Origin: an uncultured Collinsella sp.
GTDB lineage: Bacteria; Actinomycetota; Coriobacteriia; Coriobacteriales; Coriobacteriaceae
DNA length: 64,000 nt
NCBI GenBank assembly: GCA_958427035.1
Contig: CAUAAR010000006.1
Span: 6,873-70,872, forward strand
Direction: 5' to 3'
The notes under the pieces were generated by a model that searched no databases, was not told the DNA's origin, and saw only the letters and a program-made list of their open reading frames with translations. The translations under genes were made by a program, and so were the position numbers. Shown piece by piece: positions 48,190 through 58,501 of the stretch (positions are counted from its first letter, which is position 1; every line of letters begins with the position of its first letter).

Positions 48190-48558
48190 ATGATTCAGAT
48201 GCAAACCATGCTGAACGTCGCCGACAACTCCGGCGCTCGCAAGATTCGCTGCATCAAGGTGCTTGGCGGTTCCAAGCGTCGTTATGCAGGCATCGGCGAT
48301 GTGTTCATCGGTGCTGTCCAGGAGGCTACCCCTGGCGCCAACGTCAAGAAGAAGGACGTTGTCCGTTGCGTCGTCGTTCGCACCGTTAAGGAGATCCGCC
48401 GCAAGGATGGCTCCTACATTCGCTTTGATGAGAACGCCTGCGTTGTCATCAACAACGATGGTTCGCCCGTCGGCACCCGTATCTTCGGGCCCGTCGCTCG
48501 CGAGCTTCGTGACAAGAAGTACATGAAGATCGTCTCGCTCGCTCCCGAGACCCTGTAG
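48190..48558 (+). CDS. rplN: 50S ribosomal protein L14
   Basis: VADNSGA..TRIFGPV. Confidence 0.99.
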   Translation: MIQMQTMLNVADNSGARKIRCIKVLGGSKRRYAGIGDVFIGAVQEATPGANVKKKDVVRCVVVRTVKEIRRKDGSYIRFDENACVVINNDGSPVGTRIFGPVARELRDKKYMKIVSLAPETL

Positions 48559-48571
48559 TTAGGGGAGATAT

Positions 48572-48877
48572 ATGTATATCAAGAAGGGCGATAAGGTCCA
48601 GGTTCTCTCTGGTAAGGATCGCGGCAAGCAGGGCGTTATCCTGCGTGCTCTCCCCGCCGAGAACAAGGTCGTTGTCGAGGGCGTTTCGGTCGTCAAGAAG
48701 GCCGTCAAGCCCAACGCTGCCAACCAGCAGGGCGGCATCGTTTCGCAGGAGGCTCCCATCGATGCCTCCAACGTCAATCTCGTTTGCCCCGAGTGCGGTA
48801 AGGTTACCCGCGTCGGTCACGAGAAGGACGGCAAGAACAAGCTGCGCGTCTGCAAGAAGTGCGGCCACAAGTTCTAA
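48572..48877 (+). CDS. rplX: 50S ribosomal protein L24
   Basis: KOW motif GKDRGKQG; two CxxC pairs near the C-terminus. Confidence 0.98.
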   Translation: MYIKKGDKVQVLSGKDRGKQGVILRALPAENKVVVEGVSVVKKAVKPNAANQQGGIVSQEAPIDASNVNLVCPECGKVTRVGHEKDGKNKLRVCKKCGHKF

Positions 48878-48903
48878 GCTGCCCGCAACATTAAGTTGCT
48901 AGC

Positions 48904-48940
48904 AAAGGCCCGGATGCCCCACGGCACCCGGGCCTTTTTC
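48904..48940 (+). terminator. intrinsic terminator after rplX
   Basis: AAAGGCCCGG..CCGGGCCTTTTT. Confidence 0.85.
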
Positions 48941-49630
48941 TATCGCTACTCGATGGCTTCGGGTTTGCCGTCCCGTCATTCCGGTTGCATCCAGTTTTCG
49001 GTGCCGTCTCGAATCGAGTGCCGCCAGGTGACACCCTGTCGCGTTTCGTCGGCTTCGGTGACAAAAGCCGGGACAACTCCAAAAACTATTTTCGAACTCA
49101 GGGCTTTGAGTTTTTGTTTAGTCCCAAAGGGCGCAGCGGGATGCCTTTGAAGGCTCGATAGCGCCGAAACGCCCGTTTTGAAACTCAAATGCCTTTTCGC
49201 GTGCAAGACGCCAGCTGCAATAGGAAGTGAATCAACGCAGGTGGCTTTCAAACAGTTTGCAAAACTGCAGGTCGCAGGTCTTCATTGCCAGTAGGAGAAA
49301 TGAGTAGTCTCAGGTGGCTTGCTCATGAGTTGACTAACGGGATTTGAGATTACGCTGACGTCCGGAAACGCTTCGAACACGGCGTTAAGTTTTTGGGGTT
49401 TGGGCGCAGCCCCTGCACCCGCGAGCGCGGGCCTTAAGCCCGCCGAGAGAGTGACGCGTCGAAAACGAAAGGGAAAGAGAGAAGGGGCCGTTCCTATCAT
49501 TCAGGTTGCGACCGAAGAAGACAAGGAGACCCCCTGAGCCTGAATGATGCCCCACAGACCGCGTCCGACCGAGCTCAAGCCGAGCTTTTCCTGACGTCCG
49601 CCTTCGCGGAGATGATGGCTGGATTGGCTA

Positions 49631-50095
49631 TGGATTGGCAACACCAATTTGGACGATTCCGGGAGGGACGGTCCCGCCTCCCTGAACTCGACCGGCGACA
49701 TGTAGCCCAGTGTCGAGTGGATCCTGAAGTTGTTGTACCAGTGCACGTAATCCGAGAGCTTGGCTCGGAGCTCGCGCGCCCCTCCTCGGTCCTGCGGAGT
49801 GGCCGACGATCTCCCCGTTGCAGAGGTCGACGAGCAGGCAGACGTAGTTCCACGATGCCCCGACGCGTACGCAGGCCAGGTCGCTGCATATTTGGGTGCG
49901 CGGCGCCCTGCCGCCGAAGCCGCGCGCGACGACGTTCGGCACGTCGGCCTCGTTGACCGCCCCGGGGTGCACCTTGAACCTCTTCCTGCCGTATGTGCCG
50001 GCCAGGCCGTTCTCCCTCATGATGCGGCAGACGCGGCGCCGGCTGACGGTAACGCCCGACCTCCTGGGCGACGCCTTGATCTTGCGCGATCCGTT
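49631..50095 (-). pseudogene. IS3-family remnant with internal deletion
   Basis: VSRRRVCRIMRE..CSDLACVRVG joined out of frame to YVHWYNNFRIHSTLGYMSP; TG-type end TGGATTGGCAACAC at 49631. Confidence 0.85.
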
Positions 50096-50099
50096 CCGG

Positions 50100-50420
50100 C
50101 CCTTGCTGGCGGCGTGCGCCGCCGCGGCCGCCGTCGCCCCCGACATTAAGGTCCTCGAGGGCCGCGTCGTCTCCGGCGACCAGTTTGTCTCGCCCGCGGA
50201 ACAGAAGGAGCGCATCCTCGCGACCTTCGGCGACCTGTGCTGCGAGATGGAGGGCTGCACCATCGCGCAGGCCGCCTATCTCAACGGCGTGCCCCTCGTC
50301 GTCGTGCGCGCCATCAGCGACAAGCCCTGCGCCGAGGGCCAGGTCGTCGACTACAACACCTTCGAGAAGAAGGCCGCCTGCGACTGCGCCCGCATCGCCG
50401 CGCGCATGGTTAAGCTTTAG
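50100..50420 (+). pseudogene. mtnN: 5'-truncated MTA/SAH nucleosidase
   Basis: SGDQF, EMEG, RAISD motifs; N-terminal half replaced by IS sequence. Confidence 0.8.
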
Positions 50421-50646
50421 GCCCTGCGCGCCGGGGCCCTTCTTTATGTTGGGACCCCGGCGCGCAGGGCCCTTTCCAAAGCGAAGTGTCGAGCCGAAGT
50501 GTTGAGCGTCGGCCCTGAATGTTCAATGGCCGTTGTTTTCTGCCCCTCAAGTGGTGGACTTCTCCTCGGGGCTGTTGATTCCCCCACGCGCCCCCTTCCG
50601 TTCTCTGTTCTCCCCTTATACTCCTTGTACGAGGAGGTAAGAAGTC

Positions 50647-53388
50647 ATGGACAAGACCGCACAGGACAGCTTGGCAAAGAAGCCCGTCGACATGAGGGAC
50701 AGGATTCTCGAGCATCTCGAGGCCCTCACCTCTGCCGTCTCGCTCGACGACCTTGCCCGTCTGTCCACCTCCGACATCGCCGAGACGCTCATCATCTCCA
50801 GGAGTCTGGCGAGCCAGTACCTCAACGACCTTGTTCGCGCCGGCCTTGTGGTTAAGGTGGCGGGCAGGCCTGTCCGTTATTTTCATCGCCGCGCGTTCCA
50901 GAAGCGTTTTCAGGTAAAGCTCTCTGCAAGCGAGTACGCCTCGCTCGCCGACCTCATCCAGGCGACGGGAATCGCCGATCACCGCGACTTCGCGCGTGCC
51001 GTGGGCTTCGACCTGAGCCTCAGCTCCGTTGTCGAGCAGTGCAAGGCTGCGGTTCAGTACCCTCCGTTTGGCCTGCCCATCCTCTTGAGCGGCGGCGTGG
51101 GTGTCGGCAAGTCTTTCCTTTCTCGCCTTGTGTACGAGTACGGCAAGAACCAGGGCTTGCTGTCCCGCGACTCCTCCTATGTGCGCATCGACTGCGCCGG
51201 GGTCCCGGACGCCGCCTCGTTCAACGGGCTTCTTGACGAGTCGATCGCGAAATCGCGCGGGGGTGTGGTCTTTGTCAACGGCATCGAGGCACTCTCTCCC
51301 TCTGCGATGGAGCACTGCCTTGCGACGGCCCTCGGGCTCGATGCCTCCCAGGATGCGCCGCGCGCTCGCCTCGTTCTTTCGACGGCGCTTTCCGCCGATG
51401 ACCCGAAGGTTTCCTCGGCCTACAGCAAAATGCCCATCTGTGCCCGCGTCCCCTCACTCAAGGAGCGGACCCCCGAGGAGCGCGAGGATCTCATCTTGAG
51501 CTTCCTGCGCAGCGAGGGGTGCCGAATCGGTTCTGATGTGAAGATCAGCCGCGGCGCATACCGTTGCCTCGTGAACGCGGACTTTTCCGATAACATCGCC
51601 GGCTTGCGCGCCTGCGTGACGAACTGCTGCGCCAAAGCGTTCCTCAATCGCGAGGGCGACTACGTCGTCGTTCGCCCGTATCTTCTTCCCAGCGGGCTCC
51701 TCTCCTCCGCGCAGATCGATCAACAGCCCGACGATGGCGCTCTGATCGACGCGTCCCTGGATGCCGCCGAGAGCACAGGGCCGGTCGAGCAGGCGCTCGA
51801 TGCCCTGTGCGCTCTCGATGAGCGATTCTGCGCCGGGGAGCTCTCTGTCTCCGAGCTCGTCTCGCAAGCTGTCTCCGCTGTGCGCGGCGTTGAGGATCAC
51901 TTGATCTTCGGCCGCGGCGTCGCCTCCTCGAGGTCGCGCGCCTTCGAGCGCATCGTGGGCGCGGTCCTTGCCGACGCAGGCTCTTCTTATGGCATCGAGC
52001 TTTCGAGGAAGGTCGCTTTTCTGCTGGCCCAGGAGATTTGCCTGCAGTTGTGGCCGGGCATCGGCCTGGCTAAGCGAAAGTCTGCCTGTGCGGAGCAAAT
52101 CTCCCATCTCCTCGGTGCCGTGACCTCCGAATTACCGTTTGCCTCGAGCGTCTCCGATCAGGTCGCCGCAGACGTGGAAGGGGCGCTGGGAATCTCGCTC
52201 GATCACTTCACGAAGACGCTTCTGACGCTGTGCGTCGCATCGGAGTCTCGCGACGCGAAGGCCCTTCGGACGCTCTGCGTCATCTTGTCCCACGGCTACT
52301 CGACGGCGACGAGCATCGCCGACGCGGCGAACCGTATGCTCGGCATGCATGTGTACGAGGCGGTCGACATGCCCTACGACCAGCAGCTGAAGGACATCGT
52401 CGGTCCGCTCCAGCGCCTCGTCGACCGCCATTCCTACTGCACCGGGGTCGTGTTCCTCGTCGACATGGGCTCCCTGGAGGAGGCCTATAAGGCCCTCGAG
52501 AACGTTACCGACTCCACCATCGGGGTGGTGAACAACGTCTCCACCGGGCTCGCGCTCGAGATCGGGTCCGGGCTGCTCGGCGGCAAGTCCATCGCCGAGG
52601 TTCTTGGCGATGCGACCGCCGCGTGCGTGACGCACTGCAAGGTGATCGAGCGCGTCAACCGTGAGGACGCCATCGTCTTCTGCTCCGAGTCCGGGGTCGA
52701 CGCCGCGGAGAGGATACGCCAGCTCGTCTCGCAGAGCCTCCCGCGCACCATAGGCGCGCGCCTGCTCACGAGGCCCTTCAAGCAGCTCGTCGCGAACGGG
52801 TCGAACGACGCCGTTTTCTCCGAGCACCGCGTCTGCGCCGTCATCGGCACGGGAGACCCCGGGGTCGCCTCCGTCCCCTTCGTCGCCCTCGAGGACATCA
52901 TGTCGACGGCGTCCGCCTCGAAGGTCGATGCCGTGTTCGGCAGGTGGCTTGACGCTTCCGAGCTCTCTTCTTTCCACGAGAAGCTGCTCTCGAACATGAC
53001 GCTGCAGAACGTCATCCGCTCCATCACCATCCTCGACCCGGAGCGGCTATTCCATGAGATCGAGAGCGCCGTGCACGAGCTTCAGCGCAGGACAGGCGAG
53101 AAGATCGGCAGCAACGCCATCATTGGGCTCTACGTCCACCTCTGCTGTCTCGTCGAGCGCCTTGTTACCAGAAACCCCATTGAGACCTACGTTGGCCAGG
53201 ACCGCTTCGAGGAGGAACGCGCCGATTTCATCGAGTCCTTCAGGCAGAGCTTCTCGAGCATCTCGACGCGCTATCGCGTAGAGGTTCCCGTAAGCGAGAT
53301 CGCATATGTCTTCGACTACATAAGCGTGAGCGCCGCCCCGGCGCGAGAAGAGCGCCTCGGCTCCTCGAGCCTCCTGTTCGACGAGTGA
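50647..53388 (+). CDS. LevR/DgaR-like PTS-controlled transcription regulator (HTH, AAA+, PRD, EIIA, EIIB, PRD)
   Basis: KAAVQYPPFGLP..GVGKS, SHGYSTATSIA, LVDMGSL, YVHLCCLVERL. Confidence 0.88.
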   Translation: MDKTAQDSLAKKPVDMRDRILEHLEALTSAVSLDDLARLSTSDIAETLIISRSLASQYLNDLVRAGLVVKVAGRPVRYFHRRAFQKRFQVKLSASEYASLADLIQATGIADHRDFARAVGFDLSLSSVVEQCKAAVQYPPFGLPILLSGGVGVGKSFLSRLVYEYGKNQGLLSRDSSYVRIDCAGVPDAASFNGLLDESIAKSRGGVVFVNGIEALSPSAMEHCLATALGLDASQDAPRARLVLSTALSADDPKVSSAYSKMPICARVPSLKERTPEEREDLILSFLRSEGCRIGSDVKISRGAYRCLVNADFSDNIAGLRACVTNCCAKAFLNREGDYVVVRPYLLPSGLLSSAQIDQQPDDGALIDASLDAAESTGPVEQALDALCALDERFCAGELSVSELVSQAVSAVRGVEDHLIFGRGVASSRSRAFERIVGAVLADAGSSYGIELSRKVAFLLAQEICLQLWPGIGLAKRKSACAEQISHLLGAVTSELPFASSVSDQVAADVEGALGISLDHFTKTLLTLCVASESRDAKALRTLCVILSHGYSTATSIADAANRMLGMHVYEAVDMPYDQQLKDIVGPLQRLVDRHSYCTGVVFLVDMGSLEEAYKALENVTDSTIGVVNNVSTGLALEIGSGLLGGKSIAEVLGDATAACVTHCKVIERVNREDAIVFCSESGVDAAERIRQLVSQSLPRTIGARLLTRPFKQLVANGSNDAVFSEHRVCAVIGTGDPGVASVPFVALEDIMSTASASKVDAVFGRWLDASELSSFHEKLLSNMTLQNVIRSITILDPERLFHEIESAVHELQRRTGEKIGSNAIIGLYVHLCCLVERLVTRNPIETYVGQDRFEEERADFIESFRQSFSSISTRYRVEVPVSEIAYVFDYISVSAAPAREERLGSSSLLFDE

Positions 53389-53511
53389 CCTTCCCCGCGC
53401 CGCCGCAAGCTGACCGCGCGTCCTCAATAATCCGATAACCCCTTGCCCGGCGCGAATCCGGATAGCGCCGAGGCAGTACCGAACGTAAGACTTCATTTGA
53501 TAGGAGCAAAC

Positions 53512-53985
53512 ATGAGTGTTGTTATGGCACGAATCGACAATCGCCTGCTTCACGGCATCATCGTGACGCAGTGGGCCCCGGTGTCGGGCGCGACCCGAGT
53601 CATGGTCATCGACGACAAGGTCGCCGGCGACGAGGTCCTGAAGTCCACCATGAGGATGGCGCGCCCCGCGGGCATGGCCGTCTCGATCATCTCCGAGCAG
53701 ACCGCGCTCAAGAACTTCGCGGCGGGCAAGTACGACCGCGAGAAGGTCTTTGTCATCGCCAAGGAGCCCGAGACGATCCTTCACCTGGTCGAGTCGGGCA
53801 TCGAGCTCCCGTCGCTGATCGTCGGCGGCTCTCTTGTCAAGGAGGGCGGCGTCCAGCTCACCCAGCGCGCCTATGCCTCCGCCGAGAACGTCCAGAGCTA
53901 CAAGGCGCTCATCGCCCGCGGCGTCAAGGTGACGGCACAGTTCGTGCCCGCCGACAAGCCCGTCTCCGTCGCCGACCTCATCTAA
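53512..53985 (+). CDS. PTS mannose-family EIIB
   Basis: RIDNRLLHG. Confidence 0.93.
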   Translation: MSVVMARIDNRLLHGIIVTQWAPVSGATRVMVIDDKVAGDEVLKSTMRMARPAGMAVSIISEQTALKNFAAGKYDREKVFVIAKEPETILHLVESGIELPSLIVGGSLVKEGGVQLTQRAYASAENVQSYKALIARGVKVTAQFVPADKPVSVADLI

Positions 53986-53994
53986 GGAGGGATC

Positions 53995-54780
53995 ATGGTC
54001 AACTTCACTATCCTGCAGGTCGTCCTTTTGACCCTGCTGGCCTTCATCAAGCACGTGGACTACTACGGCATCCCGATGATCTTCGTCAACTATGCCGTCT
54101 TCTGGGGCCTTATCACCGGCGTCGTCATGGGCGACTGGAGGACCGGCCTTGTCATCGGCGGTACCATTCAGCTCATGCAGCTCGGCGTCGCGGGCTTCGG
54201 CGGCTCGTCGATTCCCGACTACGGCACGATGGCCATCATCGCCACCGCCTACGGCGTGACCCTGGGCGCGGACACGGGCCTCGCCATCGGCCTGCCGGTC
54301 GGCATGCTCGGCATCCAGCTCGACGTCATCGTCAAGATCCTCAACGGCTTTGTCGTCGAGAAGTCCCAGAAGTTCTGCGACGAGGGCAAGTTCAAGCAGA
54401 TGAACGCCATCCTGTGGGTCTGCCCCGTGCTCTTCGGCCTGTGCGCCGCCCTGCCCGTCTTTGTCTCCGTGACGCTCGGCCAGCCCGCCGTCAACTGGCT
54501 CCTCGAGGTTATGCCCCAGTGGTTCCTCTCCGGCCTCACCCTCGCCGGCAAGATGCTCCCGGCCGTCGGCATCGCGATGCTGCTGCGTTACATGCCCACC
54601 GGCAAGTACTTCCAGTACCTGCTCGCCGGCTTCTTCCTCTCGGCCTTCCTGAACGTGCCCATCATCGGCGCCGCCATCGTCGGCGTTGCCCTCGCGATCG
54701 CGTTCTACCAGCATGCCGAGAGGGACACCGAGCTCGCCGCCCACGCTTCCGCAGACGCCTTCATCGGAGAGGATGAGTAA
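53995..54780 (+). CDS. PTS mannose-family EIIC
   Basis: GLVIGGTIQLMQLG..GGSSIPD, LPAVGIAMLL. Confidence 0.93.
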   Translation: MVNFTILQVVLLTLLAFIKHVDYYGIPMIFVNYAVFWGLITGVVMGDWRTGLVIGGTIQLMQLGVAGFGGSSIPDYGTMAIIATAYGVTLGADTGLAIGLPVGMLGIQLDVIVKILNGFVVEKSQKFCDEGKFKQMNAILWVCPVLFGLCAALPVFVSVTLGQPAVNWLLEVMPQWFLSGLTLAGKMLPAVGIAMLLRYMPTGKYFQYLLAGFFLSAFLNVPIIGAAIVGVALAIAFYQHAERDTELAAHASADAFIGEDE

Positions 54781-54782
54781 CC

Positions 54783-55616
54783 ATGGAAAACGAGAACATC
54801 ACCGCCGTCGCCGAGGGCAAGCCCTCCGGCTACAAGGTCACCAAGAAGGACCTGCGCAACGCGAACTGGCGCTGGCTCATGAGCGTGTGCACCTTCAACT
54901 ACCAGACCCAGCAGGGCGCCTCGGTCGCCTACGCCCTCTCGCCGGTCCTGAGGAAGATCTACACGAACGACGAGGACTATAAGCAAGCGCTCAACAACCA
55001 CTTCCGCTACTACAACACCCAGCCTTGGCTCGCCGCCATCATCCTCGGCGCCTGCGTGGCCATGGAGGAACGCGACGGCCTAGCGGCGGCGGACGCCGTC
55101 CAAGACCTGAAGATCGGCACCATGGGACCGCTCGCCGGCGTCGGCGACTCCCTGCTCATGACCATGATCCCGACCATCATGGGCTCCATCGCCGCCTACA
55201 TGGCCATCGAGGGCAACCCCGTGGGAGCCGGCATCTGGTTCGCGCTCATCCTGGCCATCTTCTGGGTCCGCATGCACGCCCTCGAGTTCGGCTACAAGCA
55301 GGGCGTGAAGCTCGTCACCGACTTCAGCGAGAAGCTTCCCAACCTCACTGCCGCCGCCTCCGTGCTCGGCCTCACCGTGGTCGGCTGCCTCATCGCCTCG
55401 GTCATCGGCGTCACCTGCCCGATTAGCTTCAGCTTCGGCGACGTCTCGATGGAGATTCAGCCGCTGCTCGACAAGATCCTGCCTGCCATGATCCCCGCCG
55501 CCATCACGGGAAGCGCGTATTACCTTCTTACCAAGAAGAACGCGAGCATGACGGCCCTCATCCTCGTGGTGATCGTCCTCGCGATGGTCGCCTCCGCTGC
55601 CGGCATCCTTGCCTAG
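54783..55616 (+). CDS. PTS mannose-family EIID
   Basis: FNYQTQQG, YNTQP, MGPLAGVGD. Confidence 0.93.
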   Translation: MENENITAVAEGKPSGYKVTKKDLRNANWRWLMSVCTFNYQTQQGASVAYALSPVLRKIYTNDEDYKQALNNHFRYYNTQPWLAAIILGACVAMEERDGLAAADAVQDLKIGTMGPLAGVGDSLLMTMIPTIMGSIAAYMAIEGNPVGAGIWFALILAIFWVRMHALEFGYKQGVKLVTDFSEKLPNLTAAASVLGLTVVGCLIASVIGVTCPISFSFGDVSMEIQPLLDKILPAMIPAAITGSAYYLLTKKNASMTALILVVIVLAMVASAAGILA

Positions 55617-55642
55617 CTTCGACCCAAGAGATTGGTGAATCA

Positions 55643-56041
55643 ATGAGAAAGATAGTTGTGGCGAGCCATTCCCTTCTCGCCCAGGGCTTCAAGGACACCC
55701 TCGAGTTCCTTACGGGTAAGAGCGACGCCGTCAACGCCGTGTGCGCCTACGTGAACGACAACGGCGAGGGGCTCGACGCGGCGGTCGAGGCGGCGCTTTC
55801 GGGCACTGACGAGGTCGTCGTCCTCACCGACGCGCTCGGCGGCAGCGTGAACCAGCGCTTCTCCCGCTTCGCCTCCGACCGGATCCACGTGATCGCGGGT
55901 GTCAACCTCCCGCTCGCCATGACGGTCGCGCTCGCGCGCCCCGACGAGAAACTCGACTTCGACGCCCTCGTCGACGAGGCGCGCCAGCAGATCGTCTACG
56001 TGAACGGTGCCAGTTCCGCCGAGTGCGAAGACGACGAATAG
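55643..56041 (+). CDS. PTS mannose-family EIIA
   Basis: VVASH, LTDALGGS, GVNLP. Confidence 0.93.
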   Translation: MRKIVVASHSLLAQGFKDTLEFLTGKSDAVNAVCAYVNDNGEGLDAAVEAALSGTDEVVVLTDALGGSVNQRFSRFASDRIHVIAGVNLPLAMTVALARPDEKLDFDALVDEARQQIVYVNGASSAECEDDE

Positions 56042-56053
56042 AGGAGGTCGACG

Positions 56054-57178
56054 ATGAGAGAGTTCCTTAAAGACGTGTGGATGCACGGCGGTGAGGAAAG
56101 CCGCGCCATCACCCCCGAGAACATCACGGGCGAGAAGGGCCGCGCCGCCATGTCGGCCAGCCACCTCGGCGTCGGCCGCAAGGGCTCGTGCTGCGTGCCC
56201 CTTGAGTCCGGCGAGACCATCACGCTCGCGGACATCGAGGGCCCCGGCATCATCCGCCACATCTGGATGACCGTCCCCGACAAGACCGCCGCCGGCAGCT
56301 TCGTCATGCGCGACCTCGTGCTGCGCTTCTACTGGGACGACGAGGAGACCCCCTCGGTCGAGTGTCCTGTCGGCGACTTCTTCTGCAACGGCTTCGGTGA
56401 GCGCGCCATCGTCAACTCGATGCCCATCTGCGTGAACCCGACGGGCGGCATGAACTGCTACTTCGAGATGCCTTTCAGGAAGCACGCCAAGGTCACGCTT
56501 ACGAGCGAGCACCCCGGGTTCATTAAGTACATCTTCTACACGTTCAACTACGCGCTCACCGACGTGCCGGACGACGCCATGTACTTCCACGCCCGTTTTA
56601 ACCGCGAGCGCAGCACCCGCAGGGGCGTCGACTACGCCGTGCTCGACGGCGTGCGCGGTAAGGGCTACTACGTCGGCACCTACATGGCCCTGTGCGCCCT
56701 GGAGCGCTATTGGTGGGGCGAGGGCGAGATGAAGTTCTTCCTCGACGGCGACGAGGAGTTCCCCACGGTCACCTCGACGGGAGCCGAGGACTACTTCGGC
56801 GGTGCCTGGGCCTTCCTCGACAGGCCGCCCCACGCGCTGCCCGAGGCGCAGTGCTTCAACACGCTGTTCGCCGGCTACCCGTACCGCTCGACGCGCGACG
56901 CCACGCGCGACCGCTTCAGCGCGGGCAAGCCGAACCCGAACCCGATGCTCGCGACCAACGACGACGCGCTGCCCAGGCACGGCCTCTACAGGTGGCACCT
57001 TCCCGACCCGATCTCGTTCAAGGAGGACCTGCGCGTGACGTTCCAGGACCTCGGCAACGACGACATCAAGCTCTACGAGCGCGAGGACGACATCTCCACC
57101 GTCGCCTACTGGTACCAAAGCGAGCCGCACGCCGTGCTCGCCCCGTTTGCCGCAAGGCAGGACCGCGTGCCCAGGTAG
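56054..57178 (+). CDS. GH172 (DUF2961) glycoside hydrolase
   Basis: ENITGEKG, GPGIIRHIWMT, PVGDFF, WWGEGE, GAEDYFGGAW, YRWHLPDPI, AYWYQ; no signal peptide visible. Confidence 0.9.
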   Translation: MREFLKDVWMHGGEESRAITPENITGEKGRAAMSASHLGVGRKGSCCVPLESGETITLADIEGPGIIRHIWMTVPDKTAAGSFVMRDLVLRFYWDDEETPSVECPVGDFFCNGFGERAIVNSMPICVNPTGGMNCYFEMPFRKHAKVTLTSEHPGFIKYIFYTFNYALTDVPDDAMYFHARFNRERSTRRGVDYAVLDGVRGKGYYVGTYMALCALERYWWGEGEMKFFLDGDEEFPTVTSTGAEDYFGGAWAFLDRPPHALPEAQCFNTLFAGYPYRSTRDATRDRFSAGKPNPNPMLATNDDALPRHGLYRWHLPDPISFKEDLRVTFQDLGNDDIKLYEREDDISTVAYWYQSEPHAVLAPFAARQDRVPR

Positions 57179-57257
57179 GGTCGCCTCGAAACAAGCCAAC
57201 GTTATGGGCGCCCGCGGTTGACCATGACTGCGGGCGTCCCTTTGTAAGGAGGACCAC

Positions 57258-58142
57258 ATGAGCGAAAAGCAAATGAGGCTCGGCGCCCTCGAGGCCGGCG
57301 GGACCAAGATGGTCTGTGCCGTGGTGTCCGGCGACGGCGAGGTTCTCGACCGTATGGAGACCCCGACGCTTACGCCCGCCGAGACCGTCCCGCAGATGGT
57401 CGAGTGGTTCATCGCCCGCGATGTGGACGCGTTGGGCATCGGCGCCTTCGGCCCGACCTGCGTCGACCCCAAAGATGGGCGCTACGGTTCCATCCTCCAG
57501 ACGCCCAAGCTCGCGTGGCGAGGCTATGGTCTTCGCGCCGCGTTCGCCGACGCCCTCGGGATTCCGGTGACCTACGACACGGACGTGAACGTTGCCTGCC
57601 TCGGCGAAGTGGTCTTCGGCTGCTGCAAGGGGCTCGAGGACGCCGTCTACGTGACCATCGGCACCGGCGTGGGCGCGGGCGTCATGTGCGCGGGCAGGCT
57701 CCTTCACGGCATGCTGCACCCCGAGGCCGGCCACATGCTGGTAAAGACCCGTCCCACCGAGGAGGGACGCTGCGTCTGCCCGAGCCACGCGAGCTGTCTC
57801 GAGGGCCTCGCCTCCGGCCCCGCCATCGCCGCGCGCTGGGGAAAGCCCGCGGCCGAGCTCGCGGACAACGCTGAGGTGTGGGCGCTCGAGGGGGATTATC
57901 TGGGGCAGATGTGCGCGAACCTCGTGCTCATGTACTCGCCTCGCCGCATCGTCCTCGGCGGCGGCGTGATGCACCAGGAGCAGCTCTACGGCATCGTCCG
58001 CAAGAAGACCCTCGAATATCTGGGTGGCTACATCCAGACCGCCGAGCTTAAGGACATGGAGAGCTACATCTGCGCCCCGGGCTGCGGCGGCGACCAGGGA
58101 ATCCTCGGCGCGGCCGAGCTGGCAAGAAGGGCGCTCGCGTAA
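57258..58142 (+). CDS. ROK-family fructokinase (ScrK-like)
   Basis: EAGGTK, FGP, TPK, TDVN, HPEAGH, C..H..CLEGLASGP. Confidence 0.87.
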   Translation: MSEKQMRLGALEAGGTKMVCAVVSGDGEVLDRMETPTLTPAETVPQMVEWFIARDVDALGIGAFGPTCVDPKDGRYGSILQTPKLAWRGYGLRAAFADALGIPVTYDTDVNVACLGEVVFGCCKGLEDAVYVTIGTGVGAGVMCAGRLLHGMLHPEAGHMLVKTRPTEEGRCVCPSHASCLEGLASGPAIAARWGKPAAELADNAEVWALEGDYLGQMCANLVLMYSPRRIVLGGGVMHQEQLYGIVRKKTLEYLGGYIQTAELKDMESYICAPGCGGDQGILGAAELARRALA

Positions 58143-58174
58143 CCTGCGCTCTCTCCGCCATACAACGCGTTAAG

Positions 58175-58224
58175 AAAAGACGAGCGCTTCTTGCCAATTG
58201 GGCGGCAAGAAGCGCTCGTCTTTT
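58175..58224. terminator. bidirectional terminator
   Basis: AAAAGACGAGCGCTTCTTGCC..GGCAAGAAGCGCTCGTCTTTT. Confidence 0.85.
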
Positions 58225-58258
58225 GCATTTGTTTTTGGGACAGGACGCCCCGCCTCCG

Positions 58259-58501
58259 CTAGAGTCCCTGGACCGCCACACCCACGAGGTTTGGACCGGT
58301 GTGGACAAGAAGCGCGGGGCTGATGTCGGAGCGGACGACCTCCACCGCATTGGCCACGCGCTCGCGCAGGGCCTGCTCCATGCGGTCGTAGAGGTCGGCG
58401 TAGGCCGAGGTGTAGCTCACGGCAAAGCGCACCTTGGGGTGCTTCTCGGCGATGGCGGCGACGAGCTTGACCTCGGTGCGATGCGGTACTTGCATAGCCA
58501 T
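58259..58501 (-). pseudogene. C-terminal fragment of a DegV-family protein
   Basis: ISPALLVHTGPNLVGV resembles the DegV C-terminus; only about 80 aa remain. Confidence 0.65.

Noticed and set aside
49628..50420. ORFs 49896-50420 (+) and 49628-50263 (-) as novel proteins
   Set aside because: Chimeric frames across the IS3 remnant / mtnN fragment junction
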